Shown here piece by piece: positions 26,190 through 36,603 of a DNA stretch of 64,000 nt (position 1 is the first letter of the stretch; every line of letters begins with the position of its first letter). The position numbers were made by a program, and so were the translations under genes. This DNA comes from an uncultured Gammaproteobacteria bacterium (GTDB taxonomy: Bacteria > Patescibacteriota > Patescibacteriia > Patescibacteriales > UBA12465), in the NCBI GenBank assembly GCA_964470695.1, contig CAYYDR010000002.1:200401-264400 (forward strand), written 5' to 3'. Below the pieces are notes generated by a model. The model did no database searches and was not told the origin of the DNA. It saw only the letters and a list, made by a program, of their open reading frames with translations.

Positions 26190-26263
26190 GGGTTCGTAGC
26201 TCAGTTGGTCAGAGCGCCAGATTGTGGATCTGGAGGTCGTGGGTTCGATCCCCACCGTTCCCT
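26190..26263 (+). tRNA. tRNA-His (anticodon GTG at 26224-26226), atypical acceptor end
   Basis: Manual cloverleaf. The D arm is GCTC/GAGC, the anticodon arm is CCAGA-TTGTGGA-TCTGG, and the T arm is GTGGG-TTCGATC-CCCAC. The acceptor GGGTTCG/CGTTCCC has two U:U mismatches (4:69 and 5:68). Position -1 is C, the discriminator is T, and no CCA is encoded. Confidence 0.7.
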
Positions 26264-26266
26264 CGC

Positions 26267-26299
26267 ACGGCAATTCTTTAAATGAATTGCCGTTTTTTT
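26267..26299 (+). terminator. Intrinsic terminator after tRNA-His
   Basis: ACGGCAATTC-7 nt loop-GAATTGCCGT followed by T7. Confidence 0.85.
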
Positions 26300-26314
26300 A
26301 TTATTATCTCTCGG

Positions 26315-26343
26315 TTGACACTAACGCCCTGAATTGCTATATT
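26315..26343 (+). promoter_or_regulatory. Sigma70-type promoter
   Basis: TTGACA 26315-26320, 17-nt spacer, TATATT 26338-26343. Confidence 0.55.
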
Positions 26344-26403
26344 TTATTATTGGTTCTTTTATAAACGGATTTACTTAACAACGATCAATATCCCGGAGGT
26401 TCA

Positions 26404-27003
26404 ATGCCTAACTCAGATGTAATATTAGGGGTAGTAGATGAAGAAGAGCATTTTTATCTTCCTGCTATTATTCCCGCAACCCTAACTAACGGCGACTCTG
26501 CCATCAAGGCAGCTTTGAAATTTTATCAAAAAGCCGGCCTAGTCCCGTCTGGCCTGGAATGTCCAGCCATGAATATTGTCCCCCATAAATTGTTTAAGTT
26601 AGCGACATTAGGGGAAGCGTTTACTTCTAATGGCAGTAGTTTAGACGACAACTGTCTGACCGTGGAACAATCCATATTATTTATATCCAATTTTCGTCAC
26701 TGGATTATAAAAGATGGTAATATCACTTGCTGTTTCTTACTAAAAATAGATGAACAGTATAAAGCGGTTTGCCTTTCCATGTGGCCGAGCTGGTATGAAA
26801 ATTTGACGATTCGTTTTGTAAGGTCCAACCTTTTGGTCCCTTTTCAGAATTTGTCGGTTAATCAATCGGGAGCTAAAAGCCAGGAAGATTGTCTGGGAAT
26901 GATAGGCGATGGTAATGCTATCCTGCAGATTTTTCCAGTCAATCATCCCGAATTATTATCTCCGGAGATGAATATTATAGTTTTATTGCCGTCTTGCCCT
27001 TAA
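26404..27003 (+). CDS. Hypothetical protein (199 aa)
   Basis: ORF with a GGAGG SD sequence. I recognise no motifs. Confidence 0.5.
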   Translation: MPNSDVILGVVDEEEHFYLPAIIPATLTNGDSAIKAALKFYQKAGLVPSGLECPAMNIVPHKLFKLATLGEAFTSNGSSLDDNCLTVEQSILFISNFRHWIIKDGNITCCFLLKIDEQYKAVCLSMWPSWYENLTIRFVRSNLLVPFQNLSVNQSGAKSQEDCLGMIGDGNAILQIFPVNHPELLSPEMNIIVLLPSCP

Positions 27004-27019
27004 CGGCTCGTCGTAAAGT

Positions 27020-27047
27020 CCTCTTTTAAACTTAAAGAGGGCTTTTT
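27020..27047 (+). terminator. Intrinsic terminator
   Basis: CCTCTTT-7 nt loop-AAAGAGG, then gc and T5. Confidence 0.6.
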
Positions 27048-27051
27048 AATT

Positions 27052-27083
27052 AAAAAAGCATCGGTTTATAGCCGATGCTTTTT
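27052..27083. terminator. Bidirectional terminator between convergent genes
   Basis: A6-GCATCGG-7 nt loop-CCGATGC-T5. Confidence 0.75.
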
Positions 27084-27106
27084 GGTATTTTCGTTAACCG
27101 TTTTTA

Positions 27107-27739
27107 CTAACTTAATCCTAGCAGGGCGGTAATATATATCAACAAGAGGTTGGTAATATACAGAAGACTCCCGGCCTGGAGACCGGCGACACCGTCATCC
27201 ATCATTACCCCAAATGGACTTTCTAGCTGATCAAAAAATTTGACCGGCCAGATCTTGATAATATCAAATAATCGGAAATAACCAAACCCTATAATTAGTA
27301 GAACAGCCATTTTCCAGGAAATAGTTTCAACGCTTATTAGCCCTAAGAAAATTGGGTAATAAGTAATAAACATTCCCCAGATTTCATCAACGACGATGTT
27401 ATTCTGGTCGTGAGTTTTGGTTTTTCCTTTCCAATCAACCCGTGGTCCGATTACCTTCTCGGCTAATCCGATGGTTGTGCGCCCCAAGAAGTAAATATAG
27501 ATCAATATGCTGGCATATTTTACTATTGCCCCATATAAATCGCAGGATCCGTCTGTCAGGGTCGGCTGGCAGCAAACCGCCATAGCGGCTAGACAAAATG
27601 GGATAGCGAATAGACTGCCCCAGGTGCCTGCCATACTCTTTTTGGTTATAGACGGGATAAACCCCGTATAGAACCAGCTAGCGATAAAGACAGCTAGTTT
27701 TTCGTTGAAATCTCTTCCTAGCATAATCTGTTTCTCCAT
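27107..27739 (-). CDS. pgpA: Phosphatidylglycerophosphatase A family protein
   Basis: PgpA-like blocks MAGTWGSLFAIP, NIVVDEIWGM, FRLFDIIKIWP and GVMMDDGVAG. Confidence 0.7.
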   Translation of the reverse strand: MEKQIMLGRDFNEKLAVFIASWFYTGFIPSITKKSMAGTWGSLFAIPFCLAAMAVCCQPTLTDGSCDLYGAIVKYASILIYIYFLGRTTIGLAEKVIGPRVDWKGKTKTHDQNNIVVDEIWGMFITYYPIFLGLISVETISWKMAVLLIIGFGYFRLFDIIKIWPVKFFDQLESPFGVMMDDGVAGLQAGSLLYITNLLLIYITALLGLS

Positions 27740-27895
27740 TTAGTGTTTAAAGTTTGTTATAGTCTAAATTTCTATTTAAATGAACGCCCGCCACTAATTA
27801 ACTATTATTTCAGGTATACTATTTTTATTTATAAAAGTCAAATGGATAATCTCAGTCGGCCGTCTTTTTGGCTAGTTCAGGAAATTCTATCTTTG

Positions 27896-30096
<2,201 letters not shown>

Positions 30097-30098
30097 TT

Positions 30099-30386
30099 AT
30101 GCCAATCACTAGAGAAGAAATAAATCATATTGCGGAATTATCTCGTTTAGAGCTTACTGATGAAGAAAAGACTAGATACGGTCTGCAGCTGGACGCCATC
30201 TTAAAATATGTCAGCCAGCTGGACGAGGTTGATACTTCTAAAATTGAGCCAACCGCTCAGGTAAGCGGACTGGTTGATGTTTGGCGCGAGGATAAAGTTA
30301 ATGATTGGTCGCCGAACGAAGTTGCCGAAGCTTTGCATCAAGGCGAGCTGGAGGACCGCCAGATAAAAGTAAAGCGAGTCCTTTAA
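30099..30386 (+). CDS. gatC: Asp/Glu-tRNA amidotransferase subunit C
   Basis: The 95-aa sequence ITREEINHIAELSRLELTDEE...LDAILKYVSQLDEVDT is typical of GatC. It lies 2 nt after ligA and upstream of gatA. Confidence 0.9.
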   Translation: MPITREEINHIAELSRLELTDEEKTRYGLQLDAILKYVSQLDEVDTSKIEPTAQVSGLVDVWREDKVNDWSPNEVAEALHQGELEDRQIKVKRVL

Positions 30387-30412
30387 GTTAAGGAATTTTT
30401 TTATATTTTTTT

Positions 30413-31852
30413 ATGTCTCTTAATATATTAACCATTAAACAAGCACGTCAGAAATTAGACAGTGGTGAAATAAGCGCACGCGCTATTGTAATTGATTGCT
30501 TGGCGCGAATCAGGGAAATTGATCCAGAATTAAACGCTTGTTTAGCGGTAGATGAGAAAGCGGCCTTAGCCGCCGCTGATGAAGCAGATCATAGACTAAA
30601 ATCCGGTGAACGCGGCTCTCTTTTAGGTATTCCGTATCTCGCTAAAGATAATATTATGACGCGTGGTTGGCGTACTAGTGCCGCCTCAAAAATTTTAAGC
30701 GAATACGTTGCTCCGTATGACGCGACAGTTATTAAAAAATTAAGAGAAGCGGGTGCTATTCTTTTGGGCAAGACCAACATGGATGAATTCGCCCATGGCG
30801 CCTCAACCGAAAATTCCGCCTACGGCTCAACCAAAAATTATCATGATCCTAGCCGTGTCCCGGGCGGGTCTTCTGGCGGCAGTGCTGCCGCCGTGGCCGC
30901 CGATATGTGTTTATTCGCTTTAGGTTCAGATACGGGCGGATCCATCCGCCATCCCGCTAGTTTCTCTGGCGTAGTCGGTTTGAAGCCTAGTTATGGGCGC
31001 GTTTCTCGTTCTGGCTTATTATCTATGACCTCTTCAACTGATGTTATCGGTCCTTTGGCTAAGACCGCTTATGACGCTGCCTTAGTATTAGAAGTAATTG
31101 CGGGACGCGATACCTTAGATGCGACTACTGCTCATGAAATCACTGATGAGTATAGCGAAGAAGCTGAAGGAGAGTCTGATCTAAGCGGCTTGATGATAGG
31201 TCTGCCAAAAGAATATTTTTTAGACGAATTAGATGTTAGCGTCGCCCATAAAATGGAAGCAGCGGTTAAAAAACTAGAAGCAGCTGGTGCCCGCTTTAAA
31301 GAAGTTAGCCTCCCTTATACTAAATATGGCATTCCCGTTTATTATATAATTACTCCATCAGAAATTAGCTCTAACTTAGCGCGCTTTGACGGCGTCGGCT
31401 GGGGCTCATCTGATGATGAGGCTAAGAATTTACAGGAATTTTATAAGAAGAGCCGAGGAGCGGGCTTTGGACAGGAAGTAAAGCGCCGGATTATGCTCGG
31501 CACTTATGCTCTTAGCGCTGGTTATTATGACGCCTATTATAAAAAGGCCCAGGCAGTTAGAACTTTAATTGTGGATGATTTTAAACAAGTTTTTAAACAA
31601 GTAGATTTATTATTAACTCCGACCGCGCCGCATCCCGCTTTTAAAATTGGTGAACAGGCCAATGACCCTCTAGCGATGTACATGGAGGATATTTTTGTGA
31701 CGGGAGCATCTTTAGCTGGATTACCAGCCATATCCGTGCCAGCCGGGCGCGTTCCGGCGGCCGATGGGACCGAAATGCCCATTGGTGCTCAGTTAATAGC
31801 GCCACGGTTAGAGGAAAAACTGTTGTTTAGAGTAGCGAAAGCACTAGAGTAA
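30413..31852 (+). CDS. gatA: Asp/Glu-tRNA amidotransferase subunit A (amidase signature)
   Basis: GIPYLAKDNI, GGSSGGSAAAVAA and GSDTGGSIRHPASF. Confidence 0.95.
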   Translation: MSLNILTIKQARQKLDSGEISARAIVIDCLARIREIDPELNACLAVDEKAALAAADEADHRLKSGERGSLLGIPYLAKDNIMTRGWRTSAASKILSEYVAPYDATVIKKLREAGAILLGKTNMDEFAHGASTENSAYGSTKNYHDPSRVPGGSSGGSAAAVAADMCLFALGSDTGGSIRHPASFSGVVGLKPSYGRVSRSGLLSMTSSTDVIGPLAKTAYDAALVLEVIAGRDTLDATTAHEITDEYSEEAEGESDLSGLMIGLPKEYFLDELDVSVAHKMEAAVKKLEAAGARFKEVSLPYTKYGIPVYYIITPSEISSNLARFDGVGWGSSDDEAKNLQEFYKKSRGAGFGQEVKRRIMLGTYALSAGYYDAYYKKAQAVRTLIVDDFKQVFKQVDLLLTPTAPHPAFKIGEQANDPLAMYMEDIFVTGASLAGLPAISVPAGRVPAADGTEMPIGAQLIAPRLEEKLLFRVAKALE

Positions 31853-31879
31853 ATAAGCGTTAAAATAAATCAAATATCT

Positions 31880-32653
31880 ATGAAAAAATTGTTTAAAAAA
31901 CATGAAAATCGCTTATTAATTATTGTCGTCGTGGTCATGATTATTGTTTTTATAATCTTATCCATCGTAAATTTATTTAAGCAAGATAAAAATGATGATA
32001 GGGAAGGCGACAATTATTTAAGCACTCAGACTAATTTTAATACTGCCTCTACTAAAATTGATAATCCTCAGGCGGCTAGTTATATCGCTCCGGATTTGCC
32101 AACCCTGAAAGATAATGACAAAATTTTTGGTTCAGCCGATGCCCCCCTTAAAATTTTTGTTTATGAAGATTACACCAATATTTTTAGTGCCTCTTTGGCT
32201 GATACTTTAGAAAAGATTAAAGCGGAAGCCGGTAATAAGCTTGCGGTAGTTATTCGTTCTTATTTTAAGGACGCCCCGCTAGCCTTAAAAGCCTCGGCCG
32301 CAGTTGATTGCGCTGGTGAGCAGGGGAAATGGGTGCAAATGCGCGCCCTATTATTCGCGCGGGCTAAGAATCATCAGTCATTAACACCGGATTTTAGTTC
32401 ATATATTAAGCAATTAAATTTAAATGGCGAAGAATTTGCCGTCTGCTTGACTAATGCCGAAAAATCAGGAAAAATAGAGAAGTCCGCGGCTGAAGCCGAG
32501 TCCTATATGGTCCAGGGGACGCCAACAATTTTTGTCGGCGATGAAATGATTTTAGGCGCGCGGCCTTATGAAAATTTTATAGACTCTAATGGCGATCAGA
32601 TTGAAGGACTAAAAACGATAGTTGATAAGAAATTATTGATTGAGAATAAATAA
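31880..32653 (+). CDS. Membrane-anchored DsbA/thioredoxin_4-like protein lacking the CxxC active site
   Basis: GSADAPLKIFVYEDYTNIFSAS occupies the place where the family has (D/E)FxCPxC. Family blocks CAGEQGKW and VQGTPTIFVGD are kept. Confidence 0.6.
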   Translation: MKKLFKKHENRLLIIVVVVMIIVFIILSIVNLFKQDKNDDREGDNYLSTQTNFNTASTKIDNPQAASYIAPDLPTLKDNDKIFGSADAPLKIFVYEDYTNIFSASLADTLEKIKAEAGNKLAVVIRSYFKDAPLALKASAAVDCAGEQGKWVQMRALLFARAKNHQSLTPDFSSYIKQLNLNGEEFAVCLTNAEKSGKIEKSAAEAESYMVQGTPTIFVGDEMILGARPYENFIDSNGDQIEGLKTIVDKKLLIENK

Positions 32654-32666
32654 GAATAAAAAATTG

Positions 32667-32755
32667 GGAGAGTTCGCATAGTTGGTCTAGTGCGCACGCC
32701 TGGAAAGTGTGTATACCGCAAGGTATCGAGGGTTCGAATCCCTCACTCTCCGCCA
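32667..32755 (+). tRNA. tRNA-Ser (anticodon GGA at 32702-32704), CCA encoded
   Basis: Acceptor GGAGAGT/ACTCTCC, anticodon arm CACGC-CTGGAAA-GTGTG, long variable arm ATACC-gcaa-GGTAT, and T arm GAGGG-TTCGAAT-CCCTC. The gene ends GCCA. Confidence 0.9.
32735..32753 (+). repeat. 19-bp direct repeat (att, tRNA-proximal copy) cgaatccctcactctccgc
   Basis: Identical to 48928-48946. Confidence 0.9.
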
Positions 32756-32783
32756 AGACAATTTAGTATCGGATAGACCCACG

Positions 32784-32808
32784 AAGCCTCGTATTTACGG
32801 GGCTTTTT
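32784..32808 (+). terminator. Intrinsic terminator after tRNA-Ser(GGA)
   Basis: AAGCCTCG-tattta-CGGGGCTT (one G:U pair) running into T5. Confidence 0.65.
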
Positions 32809-32922
32809 GGTATATTTTAAACGTTACTCCGTTTATTAGACCGTTTATTCCCTATATTAAAATATAGAGAAAAACTGGTATTAAGCATATATTATTGGTA
32901 TAATAAGAAAAATAAAAGCATC

Positions 32923-33300
32923 ATGAAACTTAGACAAACACTTACAACTCTGGCTGTTTTAGCGGGATTAATCGTTGTTCTGGCCAACTGGCAGGTTTGC
33001 TTACCTGATGGCTGTGTTTTTAGTTATCAAGCTCAAACATGCCAAGATGGCAGTTGCTTTAACGAAGGTGTTGGCAGCCATTTGCAAGAAAGATTAGCAT
33101 TTTTAACTGTAATCGCAAGTAATAATTTAATTGGTGGTTTGTTGATTGTAATCATTGCATTTTTTTTATTACTGAATAATAAAGCATTACTTTTAGCCTG
33201 CCATCATAAATTTAGAATAACATTAAAATATTTTTCTCTTGATTATAACTTGTTAAATTTTTTATTTGCCAAGGGGTTACTGCATCCAAAAATTTATTAA
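32923..33300 (+). CDS. Small membrane protein with Cys-rich loop (125 aa)
   Basis: Two TM segments and the loop CLPDGCVFSYQAQTCQDGSCF. There is no homology I can name. Confidence 0.45.
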   Translation: MKLRQTLTTLAVLAGLIVVLANWQVCLPDGCVFSYQAQTCQDGSCFNEGVGSHLQERLAFLTVIASNNLIGGLLIVIIAFFLLLNNKALLLACHHKFRITLKYFSLDYNLLNFLFAKGLLHPKIY

Positions 33301-33371
33301 TAAGTTCGCACAAAACTATCTTTTTTGTAATTGATAGTTTTTTATTTGTGTAATTATTAATAAATTTAAAT

Positions 33372-34388
33372 ATGAATATAAGTAAAAAAGCAAATAAACA
33401 AACATTAACTGGGGTTATTGCTGGAATAGTTTTGGTAATTATATTGGGTTCGATATATTTTGCTATTCAAGCATATAAAGAAAAAATATCGTGGTTGCCA
33501 GTAGAAAATATTGAAGAAAAATCAACTAGTTTTGTAAATTCTGAACTTTTACAAGGTAAGGGCTCGGCTACGGTAAAGGTAACTGGAAAGGAAGGAAATC
33601 TTTATAAGTTAGAAGTTGTCTATAACGGGCAAACTATTAATTCTTTTGTGTCTAAAGATGGTTCAAAGTTTTTCCCACAATCATTGGAAATGATTAAAAG
33701 TGCTCAGGCTGGCAGTCAGGAAAATACTAACAAAACAAACTCTGAAACAGTCGCTGATAATATTGATAAAAAAACCGATAAACCAGTAGTAGAATTATTT
33801 GTTATGAGTCATTGTCCTTATGGTTTACAGATGGAAAAAGGAATTGTGCCAGTTGTAAAAGCCTTGGGGGATAAAATTGATTTCAAGCTTAAATTTACTG
33901 ATTACGCGATGCATGGTGAAAAGGAATTAAAAGAAGAGTTGAACCAGTATTGTATTCAAAAAGAACAACCTAAAAAACTTTTAGCTTATTTGGATGCCTT
34001 CTTAAAAAGTGGCGACTCGGAAACAAGCATTACTGAATCTGGTGTAGATAAAAATAAAATGCTTAGTTGCGTAACTCAAACAGATAAAGAATTCAAAGTC
34101 TTAGAAAATTTTAGTAACAATTCTGGTTTCAAGGGGTCTTATCCTGGTTTTGAGGTTTTTAAAGCGGATAATGCTAAATATAATGTTGGCGGATCTCCTA
34201 CTTTAATTATTAATGGATCACAAAGTGAAAGTGCTAGAGATTCAAAAAGTTTATTAAAATCAATTTGTTCCGCTTTTAATAATCAACCTAAAGAATGTTC
34301 CACTCAACTGTCTGGTGATGCCCCGGCTCCAGGTTTCGGTATTGGCACAGCACCTTCTGGCGGTTCAGGCAGTGGTTGCGGACAGTAA
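33372..34388 (+). CDS. Membrane-anchored thioredoxin-fold protein (single-Cys CPYG motif)
   Basis: N-terminal TM helix; ELFVMSHCPYGLQ; GGSPTLIINGS; and a Gly/Ser tail ending GSGCGQ. Confidence 0.55.
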   Translation: MNISKKANKQTLTGVIAGIVLVIILGSIYFAIQAYKEKISWLPVENIEEKSTSFVNSELLQGKGSATVKVTGKEGNLYKLEVVYNGQTINSFVSKDGSKFFPQSLEMIKSAQAGSQENTNKTNSETVADNIDKKTDKPVVELFVMSHCPYGLQMEKGIVPVVKALGDKIDFKLKFTDYAMHGEKELKEELNQYCIQKEQPKKLLAYLDAFLKSGDSETSITESGVDKNKMLSCVTQTDKEFKVLENFSNNSGFKGSYPGFEVFKADNAKYNVGGSPTLIINGSQSESARDSKSLLKSICSAFNNQPKECSTQLSGDAPAPGFGIGTAPSGGSGSGCGQ

Positions 34389-34448
34389 TTAAATGTATTA
34401 ATCGGGGGTAATGTAAAATTATCCCCGATTAATAATTAGTAGAAATAT

Positions 34449-35660
34449 ATGTTAAATTCAGAAATAATAAGAGCGGACTTCAAAATATTTAATAAAGTAG
34501 GCAATAAAACACTTCCTATATATTTTGATAATGCTAGTATGAGTTTAAAACCGAGGCAAGTGATTGAAGCCATGGATGATTATTATTTTAATTATCCTAC
34601 TGCTGCTGGCCGAAGTTCATATAAATTGGCAGAAGTAACAACAAACAAAATAAAAGAAGTTAGACGTCTGGTCGCTAATTTTATTAACGCCAGTAATGAT
34701 TCGGAAATTGTTTTTGTTAGAAATACCACAGAAGCTATAAATCTTTTGGCTCATTCATTAAAACTCGGTGCTGGCGATATAATCTTAACTACAGATAAGG
34801 AACATAATTCCAATTTAATTCCTTGGCAGATTTTAGTTGAGAAGAAAGGCATTATTCATAAAATCGTTAAATCTAAAAATGATGGCACTTTTGATCTGGA
34901 TAGTTATAAAGAATTAATCAAAGGAGTGAAGTTAGTAGCTATGGTTCATACCTCTAATTTAGATGGTACAACTATTCCTGCTAAAGAGATTATTAAGATT
35001 GCTCACGATAATGGTACTCTGGTTTTGCTAGATGCCGCTCAAAGTGCACCTCATAAAAAGATTGATGTTAGAGATTTGGATGTAGATTTCTTAGCTTTTT
35101 CTGGACATAAGCTATTGGGCCCAACTGGCACTGGTGTTTTATACGGTAAATATAGTTTACTGGAAAAATTAGAACCATTTATAGTTGGTGGCGGTACTGT
35201 CGAGTATTCTACTTATACAGAATATAAAATGTTAAACGCACCTGAAAAATTTGAGGCAGGGTTACAGGATTATGCTGGAATTATTGGTTTAGGTGCGGCA
35301 GTGAAATATCTCGACGCAGTCGGCTTTGAAAATATTAGAGAACAGGAGCTTAAACTTAATCAATATATAACAGAAGAAATAAGCAAAATACCAAGAATTA
35401 AAATTATTGGTCCGCTTGACCCGTCGCTTAGATCGGGAATAATATCATTCTATATTGATGGTCTAGATATGCACCAATTTGCGTTATTGCTTGACGAAAT
35501 GTCCGGTGTTATGATTAGATCAGGACGGCACTGTGTTCATTCTTGGTTTAACGATAAAAAAATTAAAAATTCCGCCAGAGTGTCTTTGTATTTTTATAAT
35601 ACAATGGAAGAGGCGGAAACACTGGTAAGCAGTTTAATAAAAATTATGAAGATTATATAA
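34449..35660 (+). CDS. Cysteine desulfurase, class V aminotransferase (SufS/CsdA-like)
   Basis: PLP-Lys motif FSGHKLLGPTGTGVLYG and catalytic Cys loop RSGRHCVH. Confidence 0.85.
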   Translation: MLNSEIIRADFKIFNKVGNKTLPIYFDNASMSLKPRQVIEAMDDYYFNYPTAAGRSSYKLAEVTTNKIKEVRRLVANFINASNDSEIVFVRNTTEAINLLAHSLKLGAGDIILTTDKEHNSNLIPWQILVEKKGIIHKIVKSKNDGTFDLDSYKELIKGVKLVAMVHTSNLDGTTIPAKEIIKIAHDNGTLVLLDAAQSAPHKKIDVRDLDVDFLAFSGHKLLGPTGTGVLYGKYSLLEKLEPFIVGGGTVEYSTYTEYKMLNAPEKFEAGLQDYAGIIGLGAAVKYLDAVGFENIREQELKLNQYITEEISKIPRIKIIGPLDPSLRSGIISFYIDGLDMHQFALLLDEMSGVMIRSGRHCVHSWFNDKKIKNSARVSLYFYNTMEEAETLVSSLIKIMKII

Positions 35661-35666
35661 AAATTT

Positions 35667-36599
35667 ATGCTATGTATAGTTGCTCTAATAGGGTTCTCGA
35701 TACTTGGTATTTTCAGTGCTACTCATAGAATTTTAGCAAAGGAGGCTCTGGATTGTGTGTTTAGACGAATAACACTAAGACCTTGTAATACTGGTTTTAA
35801 GGAAAAAATAAAAAATAAAATACTAGTCAGGTTAATGAGTCGCTCTGTTTTTGTGGCTCGCTTATTTAACAAACATTTTGAGATTTTTTCTTGGATATTT
35901 TTTATTCTGATGGTCGGCAGTACTTTTTGGGTGGTAAAAGGCGGTTATAATTACTATCTGTATGGTAGTTGTAACGGTTTAAACCAAGCCGGTTTTTGTG
36001 CCTTTGATCCTAAGGGGGAAAATAATAAAGTGACTGATATTAGTCAGCAATGTGGTGCTGTTGAAAAGAAAGAAGAGAATGTGACTTTGGAAAATATTGA
36101 TTTATCAACTTTTCCAACCAAAAATATTAATTCAAAAGATACAGTAGTTTTGATTGGTTGTTATGAATGTGATTACACTAGGAAAGCTTATTCCGATATT
36201 CAGAAATTAGTTAGAGATAAAAAAACTAATTATATTTTTGCCCATTATCCTGCTAAAGAAAATACTAACTATCTGTCAGAAGTCGGTTATTGTGTTTATA
36301 AAGAATACGGAGAGAGATTTTGGGCCTTTAATGATTATTTGTTTACAGTTGATAAAGTGGAAATTTATCAACCTGAATACATTGGAGCAATATTGAAAAA
36401 TTTTGATTTTGACGAGAAAAAAATAAGTGATTGTGTCAGTAGCCCAGAAATTAAGAAAATTGTTGCAGGTCAAGTTAATCAATTAAGAAAAACTCATCTA
36501 TACGGAACGCCAACAGTATTTATAAATGGGAAAGCCTTGGTCGGGCCGAAGCCACTAAGAGTTTACAAGAGTATGCTTAATAAATTTATTATATTTTAA
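35667..36599 (+). CDS. Membrane protein with C-terminal DsbA-like thioredoxin domain (CYEC active site)
   Basis: N-terminal TM segments with Cys pairs; VVLIGCYECDYTRKAY; YGTPTVFINGK. Confidence 0.6.
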   Translation: MLCIVALIGFSILGIFSATHRILAKEALDCVFRRITLRPCNTGFKEKIKNKILVRLMSRSVFVARLFNKHFEIFSWIFFILMVGSTFWVVKGGYNYYLYGSCNGLNQAGFCAFDPKGENNKVTDISQQCGAVEKKEENVTLENIDLSTFPTKNINSKDTVVLIGCYECDYTRKAYSDIQKLVRDKKTNYIFAHYPAKENTNYLSEVGYCVYKEYGERFWAFNDYLFTVDKVEIYQPEYIGAILKNFDFDEKKISDCVSSPEIKKIVAGQVNQLRKTHLYGTPTVFINGKALVGPKPLRVYKSMLNKFIIF

Positions 36600-36603
36600 A
36601 TAT

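Noticed and set aside
31853-32653. gatB is absent after gatC-gatA.
   Set aside because: gatB is frequently encoded elsewhere, so its absence from a window is not evidence of loss.
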